Shown: positions 39,601-54,600 of the stretch, piece after piece | Numbering within the stretch: the first letter of the stretch is position 1 | Layout: every line of letters begins with the position of its first letter | DNA from: Pocillopora damicornis | Lineage: Eukaryota | Length of the DNA: 64,000 nt | Assembly (NCBI RefSeq): GCF_003704095.1 | Contig: NW_020846941.1 | Span: 434,001-498,000, forward strand | Direction of reading: 5' to 3' | Position numbers and translations under genes: made by a program | Notes under the pieces: generated by a model | Seen by the model: only the letters and a program-made list of their open reading frames with translations | Databases searched by the model: none | What the model was told of the DNA's origin: nothing

Positions 39601-42600
39601 ACAACATGACATTACCACAAGCTTTTTCGTCTGAATTGTCACCACAGTCGTCATTGTAATCACAGACATAGTCCTGCTTGACACAGGATTTCCGTGTACA
39701 GGCGAATTCGGAACAGCTGCTGGTCACCGGAGGAAGTGCACAGTCAACAAACTGGATGTCATCAAGAGCGATGTCTCCCGAGAAACTTCTGCCTCGGGTC
39801 GCTAAAAATAACCAAAATGAAACTATGACGCTTATGAGATACAACTAGGAATGGGAAAATTAACCACACGTTGGATTGCTAGTAAATTTCAAGGGCGACA
39901 TGACTGATTCTCAAATCGAAAAAAAATGCGTGGTAATAAAGTTGCTGCAGTTTAAGAAGGATGGGAGGTTCCTGTTTGTAGTTTTGTAGCCTTTTCAATA
40001 ATCGTTTAAAAACCTCTTTGGTGCTTGTCCTCACTTCATCAAAAAAGATTATAGATACGAGCATTGCCTTGGCTAAAATGCATCTGTTTCGTTGAAAGAA
40101 AGACAATACCTTTAAAATTACAAGAAAAAATAAATCGGTGTACTTTAAACGTTTTCGACAGTCACTAGCCTCCTGCATGTAAGACGATCATATGACGAGC
40201 GTAAAGGTTAATTTAGTATTGTGGGAAGCAAAATGCTGTTTTCCCTACACACACACGCCGTTCCCCTTAAGAGAAAATTACTTGACAAGTGGAGAAACGC
40301 TCAACTGGAACACAAAAACCCTCTATCTCCACTTCCCGTCTTTTTTAAAGAAAGGTTACGTCTCACACCTTCAAAGAGAATTTGGAAAGCCTGCATCTGC
40401 TTCCCAATTCCCACAGTTCCCTGCAGCCATTGGTTGCCTTTGTTACCATACTTCCTCCACCAAAGAGTTAATTTGTTGCTGATATTGAGGTAAACATTCA
40501 AAGAGCCAATGGACGAACCATACATGTGGTACCAGAATGTCATCTTACAGTTAGAGTGAGCCTTGTAAGAAAAACAAACAGGAACTTTAGGATGATTCTA
40601 CTCCTGAGCCGCTCTTTAACATAAATCTTCAGTATGATATACTATAGAAAGTAAACGCACGATCAAATTGTAACATGTACTGGAAATTTCGATACAATAT
40701 CTGGTTAACAGATGATGAGGAAAGACAATTTGATCAGCTCATGGTGGTATCTCTGAAGACACACTTCTTCTAAACTTGGCTTAATAACAAGGAAATGTGC
40801 GTAGGCTAGATGGGAAAGCTGCAAATTAGATCTTGAGAGTTGAAAGTGGTTAAAATATTCTCTTGTCGCCAGAACACGAAATTACAAGTTACCACTAGCC
40901 GACATTCATTGGTCTTCGTTTTGAGACCCAATATCATACCTTCTTGAAAACAGGACTGAGCATTCTTGCACGGTCACCAACGGTACCATACGAAGTCTCG
41001 ATGTACATGTAATATCCTTGATTTGTTCCCGTCGTGTGGTCAACGGAAGGACCGGTACCATAGCTTGGAGTTCGGCCTTGCTTGCGCTTCCAGTCAAAGT
41101 TGTCTTTATCTGTGTTTACCCAGCCACACTGGTTGCTTTCAAAAGTACATTTGGTCGCTGCAATAACCAACAATATTATTTTTTACAAAAACCATTCATT
41201 ACATAACCAGAGAACAAGGTAAGAAATGATAGATCCCAAGTTTATGTCATTTAAAACCACAGTGCCCGTCCACAGAAAATGACTTTAAAATAAGAAATGA
41301 CTCTGATTAATATTAATTATACAACTTAATAATAGTTTGATTTATTCGAAAAAAGAGTATTACGAGTCCATCTGAGAATCTAAGACAGCAGGGAAATTAG
41401 AGGCAGCATTTCCTCAAGATAACTGTAAACATCAACCACGCTTTGAATCTGGATGTACAAAGTTTATTTGTCGTCAATCTAATAGCAGACTTCATATGAA
41501 AACGGACGAGTCACTATTGTTGTACAGAAGGACAAATACCCTCGGTATTATGGATTAGAATTGAGCCGATCCCGGCGACTTTTCAAAATGAACGGTAAAT
41601 CACCAGCTAACATTGTATTTCATCGAAGTGTGATTAATGATTGCCAAGAGTGCAAATCCAAATGTGCTGTAGCTCTGAGGAAACTTCATCGCATGTTTTT
41701 ACTACAGCTAAAAAATAGGGAAGAAGGGGAAATATTATATCACTTACGGCAATTTCTTTCATCGGAGCCATCAGCACAATCCTTGTTAAAGTCGCAGACC
41801 TGACCAAGCTGAAGACATTTGCCATCACTGACGCAGCCGAACTGATTACTCTGACAGTTGTTAGGATATGCTGTTGTGACTGGACTCACAGTTGAACCAA
41901 CAGCAGGCAGTGACCCGCCGTACAACTGACAGCTAGGCTTCATGGCAATGCTAAGATCATCAATGGCTATGTCTCCCCTGTAGCCATTCCCTCTCACAGC
42001 TTAATACAAAAAAATCAATATAATGGTCAATTAGAGGGCTCTTCTACATGAACCACAGCAGAACTAATCCACGTCTAATTAGAGACTGCAGTTTGACGTC
42101 ACGTGAGGTACTGAAGCGTTCCAAGAGGATACACTTTCAAAGTGAGCTTAAAAACAAGAGTCGGGCCCTTACAATTAATCAGAATTTGCCGGCTAGACTA
42201 ATCAATTGTTGAAGAGCTAAAAGTCACAAAAGAGAACTATCTTGTAAAATTGATCAGTGACTATATTCCATTATTGTGACGGAATATTTAATAAAACGTG
42301 GGAAAACTCTCGCTTTCTAGGAAAACGCCTGATTCATGAGAAAGAGCCTAATTCGAGAGAATTGCCTAATCTTCATGGTTTAATACCCCCTAACACAAAA
42401 CAAAACAAAATGACACAATCAAAATCACTCAACTGCACCAACCTTCAATGACAATTTGATATGGTTGATTGCCGTTACTCATTTTCAGCTCAGTTCTTAT
42501 CCAGTTGTCTCCTACATTGCCAGACAAATTACCAACTCTTTGGAGTGGTCCATCAGACGTATTGCGCATGTAGACTACAAGATCGTTGACGTGCACACCA

Positions 42601-45600
42601 TACATGTGATACCACATGCGCAGAGTACACTGCCCTTTCAAATTGGGGCTGCCAAGTTTGGCGCGGTCTCCAAATTTCTTTCCTGATGTCTCGATGTACA
42701 TGTAATAACCTGAAAGAAAATTTCAAACTTATTATTTAGAAGGTAAACAACTTTTAAATTTTCTTTAAACATTTTCCAGTCAGTTTTTCCTTTACACACA
42801 GGTCAACTAAGTTTGATAACGTTTTTTTCCACTTTAATTTCTCTGTAAGCAATGCATGGAATTAGGGCTGATGGAATCAGTTTTGACCAAGATCAGTTTA
42901 CACTCTAACCTGCCAAAGTTCCAAAAGTATGATCTCGCGCGGGACCTGTAGAGAGAGATGGAGTTGGTCCTTTCCTCCTACTCCAGTCGAATTCATCATC
43001 AGATTGTTGTATCCAAGAACACGTATCCTTTTCGAAGTCGCAGCGTGCCAAGTAGTTACTGCACGAAGTTTCATCGGAATTGTCCCCGCAATCGTCGGAG
43101 AAGTCACAGAGGAGATTCTTCTTAACACAAGCACCGTTTGTGCACCTTTGGTAAACAGTGAAAGGCGATTAAATGTACAAACACATTCTCTATATCAAGA
43201 ATAATGTAGCATTAAAACCTTCGTAAACTTTCAATCTGCGGATTTTTTAATCGTTATCCGTTTTTGCATAAACGTCAAGAAAATATATTTTTTTCCTGGC
43301 AATGAGGCAAAAATCATTTTGACCCTAAAAGCTGTATAGTTGTTAAGAAAAACAAAAATTTAGCTACTCTCGACAAAACTGTCATCATTTTGTGAGGTCT
43401 CTATCATTTAACATTTCTGAAAAAGTGCTGGAACACTTTTCGTCTATGAGATGCAAACAAATCATTCTATCTCATCACTATACCTCACCTCTGAGTATCT
43501 GAAGGAAGAGAACCTTTACATTGAGTGGGCTTTTTACAGCTTAGCAACGAAATGGAATCAATAGCAATGTCCCCATCCCAAGAAACTCCACGCATTGCCT
43601 CGAATTCAATTGTGAATGGGGTCTTACGACGTCCGATAGATACGACCGTTTGAAACCACTGGTTCCCTTGGTTGCCTATCGGGAAATAATACACGAAGTT
43701 TTGAGTGCTCCGAAAAATGATAAAATTCATTAGTAGGAAAATGATAGTTGCAAACGGATCCCGCCATACTATTATTTATTCGATCTATTAACTCCGAGAA
43801 GTGGTTAGAATACAACCTTTATCGCAATCATATGCACTACGGAAACCAGGGGATGAGAAGAAACATAAGTTGCCTTTAAAGGAGTGTTGAAAATTTCAAA
43901 CCATAGTAACGGCAACAGCCAATCAAAACAAACATTTACATCATCATAAGCCAATGAGAATTTGGAGTAAAAAACCAGGCAAACTTCTCAAAACTTCTTC
44001 AAATTTCTCCGTACCATATCATCCCTGAATCAAACATTGAGGTCAGGAGAATAAGCTGATCACCGACTAAAGAAGCTCTTGATTGTTACACAAATTCTCC
44101 ATGTCGGCATATTAGGAAATAATTAGAAGAACATGCATTCTGATTTTAGGGTGTGAAGGGATAAGCAATCGCTAAATACGTCAGTACAAGGGTGGAGAGG
44201 GTTATAACTGTCATAAACAAGTTATTTAGAGTACAAACCAATGAGCATCATCATTCTTGTCCTGGAGGTGCCATCGTTGAGGAATACAGCCAGGCTACCG
44301 ACAGTGCTTCCATACATGTGGTACGAGAATTTCAGTTTACAGTTACTGTAGGCCTGCTGGTACTGGGGACTAACAAGCACAGCCTTCGATCCAACTATAC
44401 CCGTTGATGTTTCAATGTATAAGTAGTAACCTGTTAATAAATAGAGGGGAAAAAAAGGAAACTATATATATATATAAAATAAAATCCCCTGATGAGTGAG
44501 CAATCGCGCAACAGGCTTGTAAGGATGAAAGTATAGTCTCTCTGTTTATTTCCCCTACCGCAACATATATCGCGCTCTACTTCTACGTATCGAGCAATGT
44601 AAAACGGAAAAATCAATACACAGACTTCCTATATATATATATATATTTTGTTTTTCTTGTTTTGCTTTTTGTTTTTCGTGAGGAGCAAAGATCATGTACC
44701 ATGTGTCATTGGCCTAAGAATCATAAGAATTATTGAACTGACCAGAAGGATTCTTGTCGGCGTCAGTACATGGACCAGTACTGATACTTGCAGTACAACC
44801 TCGATGTCGCGTCCAATCAAAGTTGTCCAAATTGGAGTTAATCCAGTTGCACATATCCTTTGTGAAAGCACAAGGAGAGCCACAGTACTGATCTTTAGCA
44901 CATTTGAAGACTGGCGCCGAGGTTGGAGTAGGTGACGGTGTTGGTAAACCTAAAACGTCCAAATCCGTTAATGGTCTAAGCCAGGTTAACCCTTAAACCT
45001 TCAAGAGTGACTAGCATCTAATTTCTCCAAACAATATCACTCCCTGAATCAAACAATAACGTCACGAGAAACCGACAATGATCACCAATTGAAGAAGCTG
45101 TTGATTGTTAAACAAATTCTCCCTGTCAGAAACAAAGGAAATGTATACGGACGGGTATGGAGAATATAGATACTGCATTTTTTCCCTTTTTTTTTTTTTT
45201 TTTTTTCCATCACGGTCTCGTTTTAGATTAATTCATCAAGGGCGTGAAGTTGAAAATGCTGTAAGTCTCCATAATAATACTGGGTTTACGAAACACAAAA
45301 ATGCCACAGAGAATTGCAGGACGAGCAAATAGTCACCTGGGATTGAGCCACCAACAACGCACTGAGGTGTGAATGTTATGTCGTCTATGGCGATGTCTCC
45401 TCTATAGGATGTGCCAACCACAGCTTCAAATATAACCTGTTGAAAACCGTAAGAAGGTTAAGTGTCTGCCGAATTAATTAAATAAACACTAAGCAAATGG
45501 GGCGATTCGATCGCAAGCAGGAATATTGAAAAAAGTGATGATGTTACATCAAGTTTAATAAAAATAAAAATAAAGAAAATTAGAGAAAAAGTTGAGACTA

Positions 45601-48600
45601 CCCCACATCGCCAAAGTTCATGTAACTTTCCGTAACATGGAAGAATTAGAAGCACAGGAACTTTTAATGGATGGAACGTCAGCCTATCATATATTACAAA
45701 GGCATTTCAGAAAGTTTGGTGTTACTTATGTCGACTCCTGACTGTACAGAATCAAAGTGACGCGTGTTGGTGAAGGAAAACATTATAGAGACTTCTGACG
45801 TGCCTTGCAACCTCAAACCCAGCTCTTCAACATCGACCCAAACAACGCAGCTCAGTATCTGCAATAATTACAAAACATTCTTCACCTGGAAGTTTTGGTT
45901 CACATTTATGGTAGCATTTCCTCTAATCCACTGGTCACCTTGGTCTCCACTTAGTGTCCAGACTCTATTCATTGCACCAGTGGTACTCGTTCTTGTATAA
46001 ATGTTAAGTGTTCCGATATGGCTGCCATACATATGGTAGAAGAACCTTACTAAGCATGCGCTTGATGTTGGCTTAAATACAGCGCTCCCGATCATGGCAT
46101 TGTCACCCTTCTTGCGCGGCGAGGATGCTTCAATGTACATGTAATAGCCTGCCAAAACATAGGATATATTATGTGTTACTTTTGTGAACATGGCAAACAC
46201 CTTATCAAGTTTAAGATTTGTACAAAGTGTCTCTGTCCTACTAGCATTTTCGTCTTTGCCTAAGTTCCCTTGTGTTCTTTAATGCTGTCTATTTTGTTTT
46301 GTTACCATAGCACATGACCCGCATCAACACCATTTTTTTTAAGTAAAGCTTCTCAGAAGTCTTTTTATAGGAACCGACCCTGGCCTCAGACAGTTACGAT
46401 CTTCTAGTTAGTTCCAAAGATAACACCGCTAGAGTCAAGACAACTGCGAAATTTCTTTTCACTATAGGGGACACATTTTGCATGTCACAACGTCATTTTT
46501 TTTATGCGGCCCATGTGAGGTACATTTTCAGGTACACGCTGCCGTGCAGGTAGCAACTATGCGAATTATGCTTATAGTTACTTCGGAGACTAAACATTTT
46601 CTTGCACCGTTTCCGTTGTGACATGACATACCAAGAGGAGACTTTGTAGTATGATCATAAGTTGGCCCAGTTCCGTACGAGCCTGTTCGACCCGACTGCC
46701 TCCTCCAGTTAAACGTATCGTTTGCAAGCTGCATGTAGTCACAGAGGCCTCCTTCAAAGTTACATCTGTTTTACAAAAAAAATAGTGAATCAGAAAAACA
46801 CTTTTATATGGGCTGTAACTGTCAAAATTAGCCTTCCATGAGACTCCTACAGCTCCGAGTAAAGCATTCGAAATACTAATCGGAAGGTCGCAGGTCCGAA
46901 CACTTTTCCTCCGAGTAGGTCTTTGTCATTCACCAAATAACAACAATTATCACTCAAATAACCAGGCATAAAAGTTACAATTTTTAGTTACATAATCATC
47001 GCGCAGAAGCATCACATATCGACATCCATATCCTAGCAGTATGCAAAAAGTCCGTGACCATGGATCTCGTAAAGGGAGGTCATTTTAAGATCTTAAAGCT
47101 CACAACTCTAATTGACGATAATATATAGGTCTTCAATGACTTGTCCAGAGTTCTACGTTGCCCTCTCCCCTATAAATCTCAGGTTAAAAACAACAACATC
47201 ACTTTACCTGTTGTAGTTCACACAGGTCGAATTTTTCTCCTCAGAGCTATCGCAACAGTCCGGTTCAAAATCGCATTTGACTGACTGATCAATGCAGTGT
47301 CCACTATCGCACCGGAATGCATTGCTGCCTCTACAGCTGCTGGGTGGAAGGGGCTGAGCGCAGTTCTCAAAACTGATATCATCCAGGGCTATATCACCAA
47401 GACTGCCGCCTGAGTAGTGTTTGGCCATAAAAACCATCTGCAAAGGGAAATGGAAAAGTTTGTTAAAAGTAGCCAGTTGTTCCATGAAAAGATACAGTTT
47501 TACACCGGCTCAAGAGACGGAACTTACAACTCAACACGCCGCGAAAATTTTATCCTTATAAGATACGTATCCACATAGAAAGGAAGCCAACCCTCTCCAC
47601 CCAGGAGAACTCCATACTCGTGGGTGGTGGTGAGAGGCAATATATGACTAACTTGTGCAAGAGCACAGCACCACGATCTGGCAAGACGAGACACTAAGAC
47701 TCACCTGGAAGTCATTTGCACATCTTGGAACATCCACGCTACCCTGCTTCCATTGATTGTTCTGGTTGCCATAGATATTAAACAGCCGTTGATCACGTGA
47801 ATTCCTACGATAATAGACCTGCAGATATCCGATGTTTGGACCAAACATATGATACCAGAACTTGAACTTACAAGTTTTACCAGCCTGTCTAAAGAACGGA
47901 CTGACCAAATGTGCATCAGCACGGAAGCCTGTGCGGTTGGTGACTTCGGTGTAGATATAGTAGCCTGAAGCACAATTTACAGCAAGTAAACCATATGAAA
48001 GCTAAATACTGAGACGGAAAATTGCGACATAAGGAAGGAGTCACACCCGTCGGTTGCACTTCGCCTTACTTAAAAAATTTGCTCCGCTTTATTCAATTAA
48101 TAAACCTGACCTGTTGATGTGTTGAGAGTGTGATCCGCCGAGGGTCCCGTGAGTTTAGAGGGCGTTGGACCCTTGTTACGAATCCAGTCATAATGATCTC
48201 CAGCCTGAGCGTTCGTCCATTTACAGAAGTCTTTCTGGAAGTCACATTTCGTTGGGCAGCTGACTTCATCTGACTTATCACGACAGTCTGCGCGGAAATT
48301 ACAGACTTTTCTGCTACTTATGCATTGTCCATTCGAGCATCTGAAGGAAAATTGACATTTTGGGGATTGTTTAGCAGTGAAAATGACTAGAAAAAGTAGT
48401 TTAACAACAATGTCCGACTGTGTAAGAATTTGGAAGGCTAAGGCACCCATCTCGCTTTGATGCGGGGCAGCAGTTTAATTAGAAGCCAAAAAGAAAAAAA
48501 GAAAAACAAGCAACATCACCTTTAGAGCATGACTCTCAAACTTCACTTCATTTTTCTCATTTTTCTCATTTTTCATTCATTTTTCTTCATTTTTCAAAGC

Positions 48601-51600
48601 TTCAGTCCTCCACATACCTGAATTGCCCAACGTCACAGCCGGTAGGTGGTGTTCCAGTGGGAGGGTCTGGTGAAATTGTCGCGGTGGTATCTGGGCGACA
48701 GTTTGGCGTGAATGAGATGTCATCCAGAGCGATGTCCCCTTGATAACCTGGACCGCTTGTTCCTTCAATCACCACTTGGAAATTCACTGCACTTACTAAA
48801 AGGATCTCGGCTCGCCTCCAGATGTCACCTTGTTCACCTACAAGGGAACGAACGGGAGTTAAGAAGTTTTGAGCTAATTAAAGAGCAAACCTACACTCTA
48901 TAAACCCTCAATCACTAGTGTGTTTATGGCCTTCATTGTGCTATATAACAAATCGATGTTTCCCAGGGCTCCGGCTCGGGAGTTACTGAGGTTCTCGGGA
49001 AACCAAATGAACTGTTTCTCGAAGAAACAGTCGTTGAATATTTAATACTAACGCAGAGGCGATCGTAATGCAAAGTTCTAGGCTCAGTCTCGCATGTGAC
49101 ACTTGTGTTTGAAGAGCATGTGAAAAATGATATTCCCTCCACATAGTAGTTTCCCATGCTTTTTAACTTGCTCTTGAAGCCTACAAGTGAAAAATTTAGA
49201 TTCAAGCATGCGATTTGCGACTACAAAGTCGAGCCCCCTACAGAAAACCAAGAAAAAAATCCTAACCAGCGTCTCTTTACCTGTCAAGTTCCAGATTCCC
49301 TTCAACGTTCCTGTCACCGATGTTCTAAAATTGATGTTAAGGGAATCCACGTCTTGTCCAAACATGTGGTACCAGAAGCGCAGGTAACAACTGTCATTCG
49401 GCCCAGAGGGCCTGAACACCACACTGCTTAATCGAGCTGTCTCATTAGCTTTCCTTGGGGATGATGTCTCTATGTACACATAGAAACCCTTTGTCGTGCC
49501 TAAATGATATTCGCAGAAATAGCTTTAAAAAAATCAAATCGACGTTAACCCCTTGCAGCTTAGAGCGTGTTTGCGACAAGGACCTCCAGTAAGTGGCACG
49601 CGTCATAGCGGTTTCATTGCTTTTTCAACTTGGTTATATTGGACTTCTCTTCCTCCACCCACCCCTACCAAACTTAAATACAGTTTTGAGTTTTCTTTGA
49701 CTTACGGTGTTGTTAGAAAGCTGAAATCTATTAGAAAGAAGATGGATCACGCACGCTTAGTACAGCTAAGTTGCCATACCTGTGGTATGATCTCTGCCAG
49801 GGCCTGTCAGCCATGACGTCGTTCCACCACTTTGTCTCGTCCAGTCAAAGATGTCGTCAGTGTCTTGGGTCCAGCTACAGAGGTCTCTTTCAAAGTTGCA
49901 TCTTTCCTTATATGTTGCGCAAGTTGAGGGTAGTTCATCGCTCTCATCACCACAATCATCAGAGAAATCACAGATCTTTTAAAATCAAAAATTGGTCTTA
50001 GTAACTCCACTTTCACTTAATGGGCAGTTGACATGCACGAGATAGTTTTTAAAGGTGGCCAAAGATACTGATTTTGNNNNNNNNNNNNNNNNNNNNNNNN
50101 NNNNNNNNNNNNNNNNNNNNNNNNNNNNNNNNNNNNNNNNNNNNNNNNNNNNNNNNNNNNNNNNNNNNNNNNNNNNAAAAAAACAGGGCAGACCTCGTTT
50201 TCGAGACGCTACTTCGTGGGACAAAAAGGTCAAAACAAGCTAGAGCCCTTCCACTTATGATATATTTTCAAAGTAATAACATCTGTTGCTTATCTTCACA
50301 ACATTGGTTGCACAGAAGACAAGAAAGATGTTATGTCGAATGAAATAGGCTTTCATATTTGAACAATTGCTTAGGTAACTTTGACAAGAACCCTGCCTAT
50401 GGTGCGAGGGTGAAACGTTAATGACCTTTATCCAAATGACCCAATCCAACTTCTGCCATTTGCCACTTGTCACCCTTGCTACCGGATACTTCAAAGATGT
50501 TAGAGGTGGATCCCTTGTAGCTAAGCTTTAAGTACAGCGATCCAGTCCAGGCACTGCCGCTCTTGAGGTACATGTGATAGTAAAACCTCACTATACAACC
50601 TGCTCCTGTCTTGGTCATGTTAGGACTTTGAAGAATAGCATTATCGAAGAATGACCCCGCACCGGAGTGGACATAGGCGTAGTAACCTAAAATGTGAACA
50701 AATTGTGAGATTGGCAGGCCAAATTAATGCCTTTGCAACTCTCCAGTAGCATTATGCTAGAAGATTGTCACAAGATCCTTACTACGATGAGTCTCCATGA
50801 CTCTAAAGAACCAATCGATACCCATAGATCGAGATCCTGTTCGAATTATCCACGTTTCTTCGTTTCTCCTTCCGAGTAAACGTTTTCATTTTTGTCCTGA
50901 CACAAGCGTGGGACAAAGAAAAAATTCTGAGCCCCACGAAGGTCAAAGCCTCTGACCTTCAGCGCTCTACCTTCCAGTTAGAAAGAACTCTAAGGTAAGA
51001 TAAGCGACATGCGTCCTGTATACTGTTATGCCTTAAAAGAGAGGAGGGAAAAATGAAATAACAGGCATGCCTGAGAGACTTATTGCTAGCTTAGATGGGT
51101 TCAAGAAGTAACTGTAGTTAACTGTAAAAGGTAACTCACACGAAGTATTTCCGCAGGTGTGGTCAATGCTGGGTCCTGTGCCCGTTGCCACGGTTGAACC
51201 TTTGTTTCTGCTCCACTGGTACACCCCCAGACTGGTATCTTTCCAATTACACAAGCCAGATTCAAAATCACAAGGACCTTCAAAAAAGCAACAGATCATT
51301 AGCACACGTATTTAGGACAAATTTCAAATGCAACCACTATGGAAGGTTAAGTCACGAAAATGAGGAACAGTTTTGAAAGCGCTGATTGAACTTAATACAT
51401 ACCACAGTTAACTTCATCTGAGCCATCTCCGCAGTCATCCCTATAGTCACACACATATCCCCAGTCGATACAAGGTCCATTGGAACACTTGAATCTAAAG
51501 CCTGGGCATACTGGGACAGTTGGGGCTGCTGTGGTTGGCGGAGGCGCTGTTGGAATTGGTCCATTATAGGAGCGACAGAACTGGGTCATTGACAGGTCAT

Positions 51601-54600
51601 CAATGGAAATGTCACCTTGATAGCTTGTACCGCGGACACTTTCAATAACAACCTGGAAGCAACAAGCATGTTTTTAATGCTTGCACTTAAGTGCTCCGTG
51701 GGCATTTTAGTTACCTTCCTCCCAAAAAATGAAATTAATTCAGTGCAAAACAAACAAATGTATAGGAAACGCTCTTACAGCTAGTAATGAAATAGCCAAG
51801 ACAATACTTATACCAATGGAAAATGGCAAAGGCTATTAGACTGTGGCAGTGACAGCGGCAAAATTAAATGAACTTACAAAAGTGTGCGGGAAAAGAAACG
51901 ACATTTGACCCAAATTTCAAGTGTTCCATTGAACGTTTAAAGCACTTAATAAGCAGTAACAAATTTTCCACTTTGACTCAAACAAAGCCGGGTCAACGCG
52001 TATTAGAGATAGCCTGCTTTTCATGTTTAACCCAAAATAACGTGCAGAAAATACAGCCTACCGTCTATAAAGAATCTTGCATAAATTTTTTTCAGCTTTT
52101 AATGCTAATATCAGTCAACAAAGAATCAATTTTCATACTTGGAATGGGACAGTGCTCGGAAGGGAAACCTCGGCGCGATCCCAAAAGTTGCCCACATTGC
52201 CTGATCTCGTGTACACAAGAGTCTCTGCACAACCGTTACACGGCCGGGTGTAGATATTCAGGGAACCAATGGCGGCTCCGAACATGTGAAAATAGAACCT
52301 CAACTTGCAAGAGGTGTCACCTTGGGGCAAAGCGCTTATAAATCCACTTGCCAAACGAGCTTTGTCGCCTTTTTTACGTGGCCAAGAAGCTTCCGAGTAA
52401 AGGTAAGATCCTGGACAACAAAACAAAGTGAAAGGAAGCGGCGTTAATTCTAATTCTTATCGAGGACAATGCTTGGACATCATTTGTCGTTGATAATCTA
52501 CATAAAGCTAAATTGGGATGACTTAAAAGCCGTACATTTGAGAGGAAATGAAGGGAGAAATTGGCCCACTAAACTCAAAAGTAAACTCGCGTATATCAAA
52601 TTTGTGTGCACGGCATTTTGAAGATTGAAGATGTAGTTACAATTTGCATCTATTACGAAGGAGGTTTAAGACCTTAGGGTATTACATTTCAACGCTTGAA
52701 ATGAACAAAATTTAGTCAATAACTTAGACAGACACTTTCTAAAAGACCCTAATCAGCTTTGGACGCGTGGCAAATGGTGGAGGAATCTTCTAATTTGGTA
52801 AACGGGTCAACAGGAACCTTTATAACTTTGCTCAAGACTAAATCAATCTCACGACTTAACAAAACAAATTGCATTGGGAGAAACACAAGTTTTTCTTTCA
52901 GCAGCTTTCTCCATTAACAATATTTGAGAGCAGCTCATCCCCATCTTCTATCTGAACATTGTGATGAAGCCACATTACCGGCTGAGCTGCCAAGAGTGTG
53001 GTCGAACATAGGTCCCGTTCCGTAAGAACCTGTAGACCCTTGGTTTCTCGTCCAGTCAAAGTCATCATCAGACAGTTGATTCCACCGGCATAAAGATTGC
53101 TCAAAGGTACACCTATGGAGAAAAAAAAAGCACAATTTAGTTCTGCAACTACTTTCAAAATCTCCTTGAAAGTTTAAGAAAGCTAAGCTTAAATGTTAAT
53201 TGTTTATGGCGAGAAATTCGGTGCAATCTCCATTCTAAAAGGCAAGCTGCCTCTACCGTCTAATGTCGCTACCAACCCTCCAGACGCTCTTTGCCTATCG
53301 ACCAGAATTTAATTTAGGAGGACAGTATAAAAAGAACGGGGGAAAAATTCAGTACGTTCCTTAATTTGCGGCACTTTTCGACGAATACTAGGCTAAGAAA
53401 AACTTCAGGAGGTGTTTCTTTGGCCAAATTTAGACGCAATTTAGAAGCATCTATTTTTGCAACAATGATAAAATTACGAGGAAAAAGTTGATAGATGCAA
53501 AACGAATTTTCATATTCAGCAATCTACAATTTTCTACTAGTCGAAGTTTTGATTTAGAGACTCGAGGGTCTGTTCGCATCTATTAAGCAAAATCATTGTA
53601 CCATCTGTTTACCAAATCACCGAAAGTTTAGCTTCGAATTGACAAGTGACCTCGACACCATACCTATAGTTGTAACTGTAACAGTTGACTTCATCTGAGT
53701 TATCACCACAGTCGTCAGTATAATCACAGAGACGCCCTGGATCAATGCAGGAACCTCTGGCACATCGATGTTGACCTCTCTTACAATTGCTAACAACAGG
53801 AGGCAGGGTACAATTCTCGAAGCTAACATCATCTATAGCTATATCACCAAAAACATTGTAGCTCCTCTCTGCCTCAAAAATGACCTTGAACGGTCCTGAG
53901 TGACGGCCAACGTACAGTTTTCCTTGGATCCACTTGTTACCTTGGGACCGAACAGAATCTTAGTTAGCCAACATTTGCACAATTGTCGCAAAAGTTATGA
54001 TTAACCTCTCTTCTTTACAAGAACTTAAGCAAGATGCAATTATAACAGAAATTTATGTTGGAAGTCTTATGACAGTTTTTACTCAAACAACAAATCTTTC
54101 GATGCGACACATTGCGGGTTCCTCTTTCGGATGGTAAGGTTCACCACCTTCCCACGACACTTTGTTTCCACATCAACAAAATAATGTATGAAGGATGTTA
54201 TTTCTTCTTTTGTTCACCATTTCAAAACAAAATAAACTGGATTAAAAGAAATGTTGTCTTCATGAGATTATTTTGTAAAGTAATAGTCAACAACCAAAAT
54301 TCAGAAGTCTAGCATCCATTTCCTGGCCTGTGACATGAAATCACTTGCTTGTTTGTTAAATTGTAAGAAAGTACAATCATCACTTCAAAGAGTCTTTCTT
54401 TTCAACAGTACAATTTTGCGGCAGCATGCTACACAAATGAATCAGAGCAAAACGTGTTTTACATTCCATACCTTTGTTACCCCATTCTTCAAACAATCTC
54501 GTGTAAATCTGTCCAACTTTAATATAACCATACAGTGTACCGATTCCACTGCCATACATGTGGTACCAAAAGCTAACCACGCAAGTTGATGCAGACTGTT

